Shown piece after piece: positions 1-9,746 of a stretch of 64,000 nucleotides of DNA. This DNA comes from Planctomycetota bacterium (GTDB lineage: Bacteria > Planctomycetota > UBA1135 > UBA2386): positions 2,624,001 to 2,688,000 of the forward strand of contig OZ245838.1 of NCBI GenBank assembly GCA_965228735.1. Direction: 5' to 3'. The position numbers and the translations under genes are program-made. The notes beneath the pieces are model-generated. The model did no database searches. It worked only from the letters and a program-made list of their open reading frames with translations, and was not told the DNA's origin. Numbering within the stretch: position 1 is the first letter of the stretch; each line of letters opens with the position of its first letter.

Positions 1-1
1 G

Positions 2-514
2 GTCGATGCCGTAGTCGTCCACGAGATACTCGGCCGTCATGCCCATCGGCTCGCCCAGGATCGCGCAGGTGAACCCGTCCTGATAGTTGCCGTCCAGCAC
101 GTCGACATGCCCGAGGCGATAGCCCTGGCGGAAGCCCGGCAGCAGGAACGGGATCGTCGTCATGCTCTCCATGCCGCCGGCGACGACCACGCTCCGGTCG
201 TCGAGCAGAATCGCGGCGCGCGCGAGATCGATCGCCTTGAGGCTGCTGCCGCAGGCCTTGTTGACGGTCGTCGCGACACAGCCCTCACCGCAACCCGCCG
301 CGATCGCGACCTGGCGCGCCGGGTTGGGGCCCGACCCGAGCTGGCGCGCCTGCCCCATGTAGCATTCTTCGACAGCCGCGGGCTCGACCCGGGCTCTCGC
401 GAGCGCAGCGCGGACCGCCGCGGTGCCGAGCTCGACGGCGGAGAGCGGTGAGAGCCCGCCCAGGAACTTGCCGATGGGCGTCCTGGCGGCGGCGACGACA
501 GCGATCCGACTCAT
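2..514 (-). CDS. acetyl-CoA C-acyltransferase (thiolase), 5' part; runs off window edge
   Basis: Manual translation from ATG at 514 (absent from the ORF track because it has no stop in the window): [20 protein letters not shown]...GPNPARQ...[13 protein letters not shown]...AGGMESM, with the thiolase active-site Cys motif. Confidence 0.93.
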   Translation of the reverse strand, partial: MSRIAVVAAARTPIGKFLGGLSPLSAVELGTAAVRAALARARVEPAAVEECYMGQARQLGSGPNPARQVAIAAGCGEGCVATTVNKACGSSLKAIDLARAAILLDDRSVVVAGGMESMTTIPFLLPGFRQGYRLGHVDVLDGNYQDGFTCAILGEPMGMTAEYLVDDYGID

Positions 515-577
515 GTCTGGCCCCTGCATAGCGCGCGGCGCCCACGGCTCCAAGGCATGGGCGGAATCGCACCCGCT

Positions 578-605
578 TCACCGCGGACCCGCGGCCGGTC
601 GATAG
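578..605 (+). promoter_or_regulatory. putative sigma28-like promoter (TCAC-N18-CGATAG)
   Basis: CGATAG at 600-605, 13 nt before ATG 619; same motif found upstream of four other genes. Confidence 0.4.
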
Positions 606-618
606 CAGATATCTGAGA

Positions 619-1275
619 ATGTCGAGATCCGACGATCACGAAAGCCCCCGCGACCCGCATGCCGGCGTCGCGACGGGCCAGGACTACCGCGAGGCCCTCG
701 CGCAGTGGCGCCTCGACGTGCGCACCCAGTGCAAACGCGTCAGTTCGCTGCCGACCACGATGTTCGACGCGACGGATCCGATGCTCGAGATGCGGCTCGC
801 CGAGGTCACCGAAACGATGCTGCACGAGCTGCGCTCGCCGGACATCCGCCACATGGATCCGGAGATGGAGGAACTCCGGCTCGAACCGATCGACGACACC
901 GAGCTGCGCCTCCTGCCCGAGCGCTTTCGCAGCCGCGACACCGGCCAGGTCGACCTGCTCTCCCACCTCGCCGACGAGTACCTCGGCATCCTCGCGGACG
1001 CGTGCCAGGACGACGATCCGATGCTGCGCCGGCGGGCGGCGGGCCACCTGACGCACGACTTCGGCGTGACGCCCGCGTTCGTCGACGAGACCATCAGCGA
1101 GATCCGGCAGACGACGATCGCCGCGAACGCCGACGCCGACTGCGAACGTACCGACTACGAGCTCGACGCCGCGCTCACGCAGGTAGCGACCACCCTGCGC
1201 CAGTTCTTCGCGCCAGCCGCGGAGGAGCCGGATCCGGAGCCCGAGCCGGAGCCGGAGCCGGAGCGGGAGCGATGA
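619..1275 (+). CDS. hypothetical acidic helical protein with C-terminal PE repeat
   Basis: 218-aa ORF with host-like codon use; ATGA overlap with the next gene. Confidence 0.7.
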   Translation: MSRSDDHESPRDPHAGVATGQDYREALAQWRLDVRTQCKRVSSLPTTMFDATDPMLEMRLAEVTETMLHELRSPDIRHMDPEMEELRLEPIDDTELRLLPERFRSRDTGQVDLLSHLADEYLGILADACQDDDPMLRRRAAGHLTHDFGVTPAFVDETISEIRQTTIAANADADCERTDYELDAALTQVATTLRQFFAPAAEEPDPEPEPEPEPERER

Positions 1276-2777
1276 CCGAACGAGTGGATCCCCGGCTCGA
1301 CGCCGTGACGAAGTTCGCGCACGCGTTCGTCGAGGTCGCGCTCAACCGGCAAGTCCACAGTTCGCAGCATCGCTTCGTCGAGGATTCCCTCGATCGGCTC
1401 GTCCGGGCCTTGCGCACTTGCGTCGACGTGGGCGTCGAGATGCCGCTGCCCCTGCAGTTCGACGACCGCGTCATCTTCCACGAAGGCGTGCCGCTCGAGA
1501 GCCCGAGCCTGCAGGCCGGCACGCTGCTGCGCCAGTGCGCCGATCGCGGCATCGCGATGATGACGTTCAAGCCGCACCTCACCGCCGCCGAGGTCAACCG
1601 CGCGTTCGACCTCATCGTCGTCGATCGCAACCGCGACGCCCTGCAACGGCAACACCGCGACCGCGTGCTCGAGGCCTTCGGCATCCGCCACGTCGGCTTC
1701 ACGCTCAACACGCCCGGCGACCCGGGCGACCGCCACGCGGCCTGGCGGGAGGATGCACCGCCGGCAACGGACGCGGGCGCCGTGCACGGCTACCAGGACC
1801 TCGCCGAGGCGCTGCAGCACAACCACGCGCTGGCCTACCAGGACCTCGAGCTCGCAATCGACGAGGCCGCCGGCGTCGTCGAGCGCACGCTCGATACCGC
1901 CGAGGAACCGAGCTCGCTGCTCGCACTCGCGGCGCTCGACGACGTCGACCGCTTCACCGTCGGCCACTCGGTTCGCGTCGCGCTGCTCGCGCTGCAGGTC
2001 GCGCGCGACCTCGGCCTCGACCGCGACCAGCTCGTCAGCATCGGCACGGCCGCGCTGATGCACGACATCGGCAAGTCGAAGGTGCCGCAGGAGATCCTGT
2101 TCAAGTGCGGCCACCTCGACGACGACGAGTGGCGCGAGATGGCGCAGCACCCGCGCCTCGGCGCGCAGCTGCTCATCGAGCAGCAGGCGTCGATCGACCC
2201 GTGCGCGATCGGCGCGGCGTTCTGCCATCACATGGCACCGCACGGCCACGGCTACCCGCAACCGACGCTGCCGATCCTGCCGAGCGGCACGAGCCACCTC
2301 ATCCGCGTCTGCGACGTGTTCGAAGCGCTGACCTCGGTGCGGCCCTACAAGCAGGCGCTGACGCCGTTCGAGGCGTTCGCGGTGATGTACCGCAACGAGG
2401 CGGACTTCGAACCGGATTGGTTGCGCGTCTTCACCCGGGCCATCGGCTTGTTCCCGACCGGCACGCGCGTCACGCTCGACGACGACAGCACCGGCGTCGT
2501 GCTCGCGCAGTCCAGGGATCCGAGCCGGCCGATCGTGCGCCTCCTGACCGGGGCCGCGGGCGGCAACCTCGCGGCGGGCGAACCGGACCGGATCCTCGTC
2601 GGCACCGAGGTCGAGGGCGCGATGCGGCAGATCCGTTCGCTGGCGACCCACGAGCGCATCGTCGACGTGCCGGAGTTCGAGCTCGACTCGCCGCTGACGA
2701 CGCCGCACGCATGCCTGTCCGAGAAGCTGGCCCACGACGCCGGCCAGGCCGGGCACGGCTCGAAGCAGCGCCAGTAG
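1272..2777 (+). CDS. HD-GYP domain phosphodiesterase (probable c-di-GMP turnover)
   Basis: GHSVRV, HDIGKSKVP, HHMAPHGHGYP, CDVFEALTSVRPYK; ATG at 1272 coupled to the upstream stop. Confidence 0.9.
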   Translation: MTERVDPRLDAVTKFAHAFVEVALNRQVHSSQHRFVEDSLDRLVRALRTCVDVGVEMPLPLQFDDRVIFHEGVPLESPSLQAGTLLRQCADRGIAMMTFKPHLTAAEVNRAFDLIVVDRNRDALQRQHRDRVLEAFGIRHVGFTLNTPGDPGDRHAAWREDAPPATDAGAVHGYQDLAEALQHNHALAYQDLELAIDEAAGVVERTLDTAEEPSSLLALAALDDVDRFTVGHSVRVALLALQVARDLGLDRDQLVSIGTAALMHDIGKSKVPQEILFKCGHLDDDEWREMAQHPRLGAQLLIEQQASIDPCAIGAAFCHHMAPHGHGYPQPTLPILPSGTSHLIRVCDVFEALTSVRPYKQALTPFEAFAVMYRNEADFEPDWLRVFTRAIGLFPTGTRVTLDDDSTGVVLAQSRDPSRPIVRLLTGAAGGNLAAGEPDRILVGTEVEGAMRQIRSLATHERIVDVPEFELDSPLTTPHACLSEKLAHDAGQAGHGSKQRQ

Positions 2778-2797
2778 GGGCGCCGTTCTGCCGATAG
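2771..2797 (+). promoter_or_regulatory. putative sigma28-like promoter (GCCGATAG -10, weak -35)
   Basis: GCCGATAG at 2790-2797, 7 nt before ATG 2805; upstream tetramer is CCAG. Confidence 0.4.
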
Positions 2798-2804
2798 AAG
2801 GGCC

Positions 2805-4289
2805 ATGGCAACGGCTCGGCTTCTGCAATCGCTGGTCCTCTCGTTCTGCGTTGCGGCGGCGTGCGTGCATGCCCAGGCCAAGGCCAAGGAACCGAACGCG
2901 AAGGACCCGCAGGCGACGCAGGATCCACGGCCGTCATCCGACGTGACGCCCCCACCGGCGCGCCCGGCCGGCGAAGTCGCGCGCACGCCGTGGACCGCGG
3001 CCGAAGCGCGGGCCCTCGCGAACGCGCGGCGCCTGCTGCAGAACGCGCGGAACGGCCGCGAGGTGCGCGCGCCGAGCAACGGCCTGCTGATGCCCGGCTA
3101 CCGCGTCGTGCTGTTCACGCGCACCGAAGACGGCAAGGTCGAAGCCACGGGCCGCGCCGAGCTCGCGGACGGCCTCGTCGTGCTCGCCTGGCCCACGCCC
3201 GACAGCGCGTCGAGCCGCGGCATGCTGCTGCATGCCGACGGCACGACGATGGTGTGCGAGATCGACGCGGACTCCGACACCGAGGCGCAGCCCGACATGC
3301 TCGTCGGCCGCGGCTCCGCGGGTCGGTTCGAGGACATCCTGCGCCAACCCGGCACGAGCGCGCACGGCAACTTCTGGTTCTGGCTCGACCAGATCAGCGA
3401 GCGGGTGCAGGTGCGCGTCGTCGACGAACGTGGCGAACCGCGGGCCGGGTGTCACGTCGAGTTCTGCGTCGCCCACGCCATCCCGCGGCTTCGTCGCGGC
3501 GCGCCGTTGCCCGCCGGCCGCTGGCCCGTCGGCGGCGCGGTGACGCGCTCCGACGGCCGCTGCACGGTGGCGGGTCCGATCGCGGCCGAACTCGGGGTCG
3601 CGGTGACCATCGATCACCGCACGTGGATCACCGCGGGACTGCGCGCCGAGCTCGTCGACGACCGGCTCGAGGTCACGGTCAGCGATCGCGCGATCCGGCG
3701 CGCTCGCGCGCCGGCCAACGAGGCGGCCGCGATGGCGACGCTGAAGAACATCGCGTCGGCGCAGGCCCAGTGCCAGGCGTCGCGGGCGATCGACGCCGAC
3801 GAGGACGGCGCCGGCGAGCACGGCTACTTCGCCGAACTCGCGGGCCGAACGGTCGTCCGCGGCCCGGCCGGCACCCGCATCCAGCCCCCGCTGCTCAGCG
3901 CGGCGTTCGCGAACGTGCACGGCTCGGTCGTCACGCGGTCGGGCTACCACTTCTGCATCTACCTGCCGGGCGAGGACGGCATCGGCCTGCCCGAGGCGGC
4001 GACGGGCGGGGCAGCGGACCGCGCCGTCGAGCCCGATCTCGCCGAGATCGCGTGGTGCGCCTACGCGTGGCCGACCAGCAAGGATGCTGGCACCCGCGTG
4101 TTCTTCGTGGACGGGAGCAGCGACGTGCTCGCGGCGGCGAACGCGGACGAGATCGGCGATCCGATTCGCTTCGGCGCGGCGAACCCACCGCCGTTCGACG
4201 CCGCATTCCGGCTCGCTGGTTCGATGTTGGGCAAGCCCGCGACGGACGGCACGAGCGCCGACGGCACGCGCTGGGCGATCGTGCGATAG
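2805..4289 (+). CDS. secreted protein with two pilin-globular (DUF2950-like) domains and no prepilin helix
   Basis: Sec-type signal peptide; C-terminal ANEAAAMATLKNIASAQAQCQAS...TRSGY...WCAYAWP closely matches the pilins at 50737-52257. Confidence 0.8.
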   Translation: MATARLLQSLVLSFCVAAACVHAQAKAKEPNAKDPQATQDPRPSSDVTPPPARPAGEVARTPWTAAEARALANARRLLQNARNGREVRAPSNGLLMPGYRVVLFTRTEDGKVEATGRAELADGLVVLAWPTPDSASSRGMLLHADGTTMVCEIDADSDTEAQPDMLVGRGSAGRFEDILRQPGTSAHGNFWFWLDQISERVQVRVVDERGEPRAGCHVEFCVAHAIPRLRRGAPLPAGRWPVGGAVTRSDGRCTVAGPIAAELGVAVTIDHRTWITAGLRAELVDDRLEVTVSDRAIRRARAPANEAAAMATLKNIASAQAQCQASRAIDADEDGAGEHGYFAELAGRTVVRGPAGTRIQPPLLSAAFANVHGSVVTRSGYHFCIYLPGEDGIGLPEAATGGAADRAVEPDLAEIAWCAYAWPTSKDAGTRVFFVDGSSDVLAAANADEIGDPIRFGAANPPPFDAAFRLAGSMLGKPATDGTSADGTRWAIVR

Positions 4290-4304
4290 GCGCCGCGATC
4301 TGAC

Positions 4305-5972
4305 TCAGCGACCGAGCCGCCCGAGCCACTGCCGCGCCCGCTCCGCAGTCTGGGTCTGCGAGTAGTTCTCGACGAACTCGAGCAGGCTCTTCTGCAGCTT
4401 CTGGCGCGCCCGCCGCGATCGCGGCACGGAGTACTCCTTCGCGCGCTTCGTGATGCGCGCGTAGGCGTTCATCGCGCGCTTCTCGTCGGCGAACTCCGGG
4501 TCGGCCTCGATCACGTCGAGCACCTTCCTGGCCGCATCGCCGACCTCGTGCCCCGCGAAGCTCGCGGCGATCGCCGTCAGTCGAGTGTGCTGCCGCGTCA
4601 TCAACGGCCAGATCTGCACGATGCGCTCGACGAGCTTCATGCCGTGGACCTCGTGGACGCGCACGTAGAACCGGATCCGGCGTCGCAGTTCGATGTCCGC
4701 CGGCGCCAGCGCGGCCTCGTCGATCTCCGCGAGCTTGCCGATCGCCGCGCCGATCTCGCCGCGGCTCCACAGGTAGTGCACGCGGCGGAACGGTTCGCGA
4801 TCGGGAATCATCGCCTCGAGGTCGCCGTGCGCCCGCCGATACGGGCTCGACAGCATGAGTACGGTAATGGCCGTGGTGTAGACGCGACCGCCGTTCTCGC
4901 CCCAGGCGCCGACCGGATCCCACGAGCCGCGGAACGCGCCGTCGTCGCGTTGCTGGCCCAGCACCGCGGCGTGCAGCGCGGCCATCCACTTGCGCCGGGC
5001 ACTGCGCTCGGGATGCGCGACCATCGCCTCGGTGCCGTGGAACCAGTAGTAGAAGTCGATGGCCGACTCTTCCCAGACCGGCAGCTTGCCGAGCAGCAGC
5101 TCACCGGCCTCGAGGTTGAGCCGGCTCTTCGGCGACAGGCTGCACATCGCGCGGATGTTCATGCCTGCCGCCGTCATGGCCTCGCCGCGCATGACCGGGA
5201 ACTTCTTGCCGTGGTCGCCGGGCTTGCGTGCGGACATCTCGCCGCGGTTGGAATACCCCGAACGCCCGTTCCACATCGTCACGGACTCGAGCCACGTGAG
5301 CACCTCGCCGAGCGCGGCCGGCGGCACCTCGAGCCCGGCGTCGTGGGCGGCGCAGTAGGCCGCCACGCACCACGACGCGATCGACGTGTCGTTGTTGCCG
5401 TCGCGCGGTCGATAGCGCCAGCCGGCCTCGGGGTTGCGATGTGATTCGAGGTACCCGAGCGCCCGCTTGGCTGCCGTCCGGTAGCGGTCGGTGTCGAACA
5501 TCGCCGCGGCCTCGGCGAACGCGACGGTCGCCATCGCCTGTTCGTAGACGAAGTCGCCGATCTGTCGCACGACGAGTCCGGACGCGCGGTTCTGCTGCTT
5601 CACGAGCCAATCGACCGCGCGCCGCACGGGTTCGTCGTGAATCGGGTCCGCCTGCGCCAGGAGCGCCAGAACGGCCAGCGCGGTCACGCCGACATCGTGC
5701 TGCGCGCCGCCCGGACCATCGCACCGCTGGCCTTCGGGGTGCCCGAGCATGAACCCGTCGCAGTCCCAACGCCCGTCGGTCGATTGGTGGTCCAGCAGCC
5801 AATCGATCCCGGCGGTGACCGCGGCCTGGACCTTGCGGTTCTTGAACGCCACGCGGCGCTCGGCGCGTTCGGCGTACGCGGACGAGACCTCCTGCCCCGG
5901 CGCGCTCGCCAGCGGCAGAACGGAGGCGAGGAAACTCGCGAGAGCAATCGCGTCGGCGTGGCTTTGGCGCAT
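4305..5972 (-). CDS. prenyltransferase/squalene oxidase repeat-containing secreted protein
   Basis: QW-type repeats (WLLDHQSTDGRW, WLVKQQ, GWRY, YYWFHGT, QQRDDG...GSW, GGRVYTTA); signal peptide. Confidence 0.85.
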   Translation of the reverse strand: MRQSHADAIALASFLASVLPLASAPGQEVSSAYAERAERRVAFKNRKVQAAVTAGIDWLLDHQSTDGRWDCDGFMLGHPEGQRCDGPGGAQHDVGVTALAVLALLAQADPIHDEPVRRAVDWLVKQQNRASGLVVRQIGDFVYEQAMATVAFAEAAAMFDTDRYRTAAKRALGYLESHRNPEAGWRYRPRDGNNDTSIASWCVAAYCAAHDAGLEVPPAALGEVLTWLESVTMWNGRSGYSNRGEMSARKPGDHGKKFPVMRGEAMTAAGMNIRAMCSLSPKSRLNLEAGELLLGKLPVWEESAIDFYYWFHGTEAMVAHPERSARRKWMAALHAAVLGQQRDDGAFRGSWDPVGAWGENGGRVYTTAITVLMLSSPYRRAHGDLEAMIPDREPFRRVHYLWSRGEIGAAIGKLAEIDEAALAPADIELRRRIRFYVRVHEVHGMKLVERIVQIWPLMTRQHTRLTAIAASFAGHEVGDAARKVLDVIEADPEFADEKRAMNAYARITKRAKEYSVPRSRRARQKLQKSLLEFVENYSQTQTAERARQWLGRLGR

Positions 5973-6054
5973 GGTTCTCCTACGCCTGCAAACCTAGCGA
6001 ACGTCGGGCCCGGACGGAACCGCCGCGGAGCGCTCCGAATCGCGGCCTTCGACG

Positions 6055-6083
6055 TTGACCCAACCGCCCGCGGCGCGCACGCT
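6055..6083 (+). promoter_or_regulatory. putative sigma70 promoter TTGACC-N17-CACGCT
   Basis: 17-nt spacing; ends 11 nt before the ClC start codon. Confidence 0.35.
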
Positions 6084-6094
6084 TCGGTGGATCG

Positions 6095-8131
6095 ATGCCT
6101 AGGGCCAAGGGCACCCCGCTGCGCGCGTTCGCGATCTTCTTCCTCGCGGCGGTCATCGGTGTCGGCGGCGGCGTGCTGGGCTCCGGTTTCCAGCACGGCC
6201 TGTCGGCGATCCAGCGCCTGCTCACGGGCATGGAGCCCGACGAGCAACTGTCCGATGCGGTCGCCTCCAACCTCACGTGGTGGCAGACGCTGCTCGTGCC
6301 GACCGTCGGCGGGCTCGCGGCCGGCTGTGTGATCCTGCTCCTGCGCGGCAAGAAGCCACCGTTCGGCATCGCCGACATCGTCGTGCTCGTGCAGCTGCGC
6401 AAGGGCGTGATCCGGTTGCGCGAGAGCATCGTGCAGATCGTCGCGTCGGCGTGCACGATCGGCACGGGCGGCAGCATCGGCCGCGAGGGCGCCAACTCGC
6501 ACATCGCCGCGACGATCGCGTCGCTGCTCGCGCGCTGGACGCGAGTCGGCTCGCGGTCGCGCTCCGTCCTCGTCGGCTGCGGCGTCGCGGCCGGGATGGC
6601 GACGTCCTACAACGCGCCGATCGCGGGCGCGATCTTCGTGATGGAGGTCGTGCTCGGCAACTTCGCGATGGACGTGTTCGCGCCGATCGTCGTGGCATCG
6701 GTGCTCGCGACGATGGTGCGCACCGAGCTCCTCGGGCCGGAGGCGATCTACAGCGAGAGCCTCGCGAACGCCAAGCTCGAAGTCGAGCAGGGCCTCGTCC
6801 TGACCGCGATCGTGCTCGGGATGTTCTGCGGCTTCGGCGGCCTGTTCTTCCGCTTCGCGCTGGCTTCCGGCCGCCGGCTCTTCGCCGGCCTGCGGCTGCC
6901 GCCGCCGTTCGCGCTCGCGGTGGGCGGTCTCGTCGTCGGCGGCATCGGCATCTGGGTGCCGGAGACCTGGGGCAACGGCTTCGAGGTGATCGACACGATC
7001 GCCAAGGGACCGACGATCACGCTCGTCGCGATGCTGCTGGTCCTGAAGGTGGTCACGACGGTCAGCACCGTCGGCTCGGGCGGGCTGGGCGGCATCTTCA
7101 CGCCCAACCTGGTGATCGGCGCCGCGTTCGGCGCGTTCTTCATCTACGGGATCGACCCGCTGATCAGCACCGACAGCGCGGACCTCAATCTCGGCACGAA
7201 GATCGCCGTGTTCGCCTTCGTCGGCATGGCCGGGCTCACGTCCGCCACGATGCACGCGCCGGTGACGGCCGTCGTGCTGATCTTCGAGCTCACGGGCCAC
7301 TACGAGATCGTGCTGCCCGCGATGCTCTGCAGCATCGTCGCGAGCATCACGTCGTCGTTCGTCGATCAGGACAGCTACTACACGGCCGCGATCCGCGACC
7401 GCGGCGAGGAGGTGCCGGCCGGCATCGAGGACATGGCGATCCGCAGCACGTTCGCGCGCGACGTGATGCGCACGGACCTGCACACCGTCAAGCACACGGC
7501 GAGCTTCGACGAGGTGATGGAGCTGCTCGGCAACCACCGCGGCGACACGATCTACGTGCTCGACGACGACGATCGCCTGAGCGGCCGCATCGAGCTGCAG
7601 GACGTGAAGAACTTCATCAACGACCCGACGCTGAGCTCCGTCGTGATCGCGGCGGACCTCACGCGCACGGCGCCCGTGGCGACGTCGGACGACTCGATCG
7701 CCGCGCTCATGCCGCGCTTCGACGATCCCGAGCTGCGTGAGATCGTCGTCATCGACGGCCACCAGACGAAGCGCCCGCTCGGGCGCGTGCGCCACCTCGA
7801 CGTCATCACGACGATCGGCAGCGAGGTGCTCGGCCCGCAACGGCGCAGCACCAGGCTGACGGTCGGCGATCACGACAGGCGCGATCTACGGCTGCCGCGC
7901 GGCCACGAGTTCGCCGCGATCGCGCTGCCCGACGCCTGGGTCGGTCACGCGATCGACGCGTTGCCGGTCGACGACCGCCACGAGCTCGTCGTCGTGAGCA
8001 TCATCCGGACCGAGGACGGCCGCGAACGGACGCACGCCGCGCATCCCGAGTTCGTGCTCGCAGAAGGCGACCAGGTCGTCGTCCTCGGCGCCGCCAACGC
8101 GATCCGCAAGCTGCGCCACCGGCGCGACTGA
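6095..8131 (+). CDS. ClC family chloride channel/transporter with CBS pair and C-terminal TrkA-C (RCK_C)-like domain
   Basis: GGSIGREGA, YNAPIAG, GGIFTP, HAPVTA motifs; many transmembrane segments; CBS-like tail. Confidence 0.92.
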   Translation: MPRAKGTPLRAFAIFFLAAVIGVGGGVLGSGFQHGLSAIQRLLTGMEPDEQLSDAVASNLTWWQTLLVPTVGGLAAGCVILLLRGKKPPFGIADIVVLVQLRKGVIRLRESIVQIVASACTIGTGGSIGREGANSHIAATIASLLARWTRVGSRSRSVLVGCGVAAGMATSYNAPIAGAIFVMEVVLGNFAMDVFAPIVVASVLATMVRTELLGPEAIYSESLANAKLEVEQGLVLTAIVLGMFCGFGGLFFRFALASGRRLFAGLRLPPPFALAVGGLVVGGIGIWVPETWGNGFEVIDTIAKGPTITLVAMLLVLKVVTTVSTVGSGGLGGIFTPNLVIGAAFGAFFIYGIDPLISTDSADLNLGTKIAVFAFVGMAGLTSATMHAPVTAVVLIFELTGHYEIVLPAMLCSIVASITSSFVDQDSYYTAAIRDRGEEVPAGIEDMAIRSTFARDVMRTDLHTVKHTASFDEVMELLGNHRGDTIYVLDDDDRLSGRIELQDVKNFINDPTLSSVVIAADLTRTAPVATSDDSIAALMPRFDDPELREIVVIDGHQTKRPLGRVRHLDVITTIGSEVLGPQRRSTRLTVGDHDRRDLRLPRGHEFAAIALPDAWVGHAIDALPVDDRHELVVVSIIRTEDGRERTHAAHPEFVLAEGDQVVVLGAANAIRKLRHRRD

Positions 8132-8192
8132 ACGGGGCGCGCGATCGGAATCGCCCTGGTGCGGCGCGGGCCGCGAGCTACCTTGCCGAGAC

Positions 8193-9746
8193 ATGAAGCG
8201 CCGGACCGCTGCCGCCCTGATGATCACCCGTGGGACGGGCCAGGAGACCGAGGTGTTCCTCGCGGAACGCGCGCAGCAGCTCCGGTTCTTCGGCGGCTAC
8301 CACGCGTTCCCCGGCGGCACCGTCGATCCGGAGGACGGCACACCGAACGACGGCGATGACCGCGCCGTGATCCAGGAGTGCGGCCGCCGGGAGCTGTTCG
8401 AAGAGACCGGGCTCGTCTGGCAGCGACTCACCCCCGACCGCACTCCGGCCGAGCTCGAAGGCATCCGCCGGGCGCTGCTCGCGCGCGATGCCGGGAAGAG
8501 CAAGCCGACCGGTGACGACGAGAGCGACGGCGACGGTGCGAAGTGGTCGGACCTCGCACCGGCGATCGACGGCGCGCCGCTGCGCGAGCTCTGCCGCGTG
8601 GAGACGCCGCCGTTCGCGCCGGTGCGCTACGACACGGTGTTCTGCCACGTGCCGGTCGAAGCATGCCGCGACCTGCAGGGCAACACGCCCGGGCAGCCCG
8701 AGGTCTGGACCGGCGAGCTGACGAGCGGCCGCTTCTGGCGCCCGGCCGACGCGCTCGCCGCGTGGCGCGGCGGCGAGATCTTCATCGTGCCGCCGGTCGT
8801 CATCATGCTCGAGCACCTCGACGCCTGCGGCGGTGATCTCGAAGCGTTCGCCGCGGACGTCGAGCGCACGACGGCCGAGTACCGGGCGGGCCGCCTGCAC
8901 CAGGTGCGCTTCTCGCCGGGCATCGTGCTCGCCCCGCTGCTCACCCCGACGCTGCCGCCCGCGACCACGACCAACTGCTACGTCGTCGGCCGGGATCGAC
9001 TGTTCGTCATCGACCCCGGCTCGCCGAAGCCCGCAGAGCAGCAGCGCCTCGACGCGCTGCTGACCGAACTCGAAGGGACCGGCAGCAAGGTCGAAGGCAT
9101 CCTGCTCACTCATCACCACCCGGATCACATCGGCGGCGTCGTCGCACTGAGCCAGGCGCGCAACCTGCCGGTCCACGGCCACCCGCTGACGCTCGACCGG
9201 CTGCCCGTGGGCTTCATCCGCGGCGACGAACTCACGGACGGCAGCACGATCGAGCTCGGCGTGGCACCGGACGGCAGCGCCGACTGGCGGCTGACGGCGA
9301 TCCACACGCCGGGCCATGACCGCGGCCACCTGTGCTTCCGCGAGTCACGCTATGACGCGGTGATCGTCGGCGACATGTTGTCGACGATCAGCACGATCAT
9401 CATCGACCCACCCGAAGGCCATCTCGCGACCTACCTGCAGAGCCTCGAACGCCTCGCGGAGTTGCCGATCAGCACGCTCTATCCCGCCCACGGCCCCGCG
9501 ATGCGGCACGGCCAACGGCTCGTGAACCAGTACGTGCGGCACCGTCGCCAGCGCGAGAGCGCGCTCGTGAAGTCGTTGGCGGAAGGCGGCGGCACGATCG
9601 AAGCGCTCGTGCCCAAGGTCTACTGGGACGCCGACCCGCGGCTGTATCGCTTCGCCGCGCGGTCGCTCCTCGCCGGCCTCGAGAAGCTCGAGGAAGAAGG
9701 CCGCGCCGGCCGCGAGGGCGACGTCTGGAGCAGCACCGGGGCATGA
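8193..9746 (+). CDS. NUDIX / MBL-fold metallo-hydrolase fusion (LACTB2-like)
   Basis: FPGGTVD...RELFEETG Nudix box; THHHPDHIGG, HTPGH, VGD, YPAHG. Confidence 0.9.
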   Translation: MKRRTAAALMITRGTGQETEVFLAERAQQLRFFGGYHAFPGGTVDPEDGTPNDGDDRAVIQECGRRELFEETGLVWQRLTPDRTPAELEGIRRALLARDAGKSKPTGDDESDGDGAKWSDLAPAIDGAPLRELCRVETPPFAPVRYDTVFCHVPVEACRDLQGNTPGQPEVWTGELTSGRFWRPADALAAWRGGEIFIVPPVVIMLEHLDACGGDLEAFAADVERTTAEYRAGRLHQVRFSPGIVLAPLLTPTLPPATTTNCYVVGRDRLFVIDPGSPKPAEQQRLDALLTELEGTGSKVEGILLTHHHPDHIGGVVALSQARNLPVHGHPLTLDRLPVGFIRGDELTDGSTIELGVAPDGSADWRLTAIHTPGHDRGHLCFRESRYDAVIVGDMLSTISTIIIDPPEGHLATYLQSLERLAELPISTLYPAHGPAMRHGQRLVNQYVRHRRQRESALVKSLAEGGGTIEALVPKVYWDADPRLYRFAARSLLAGLEKLEEEGRAGREGDVWSSTGA

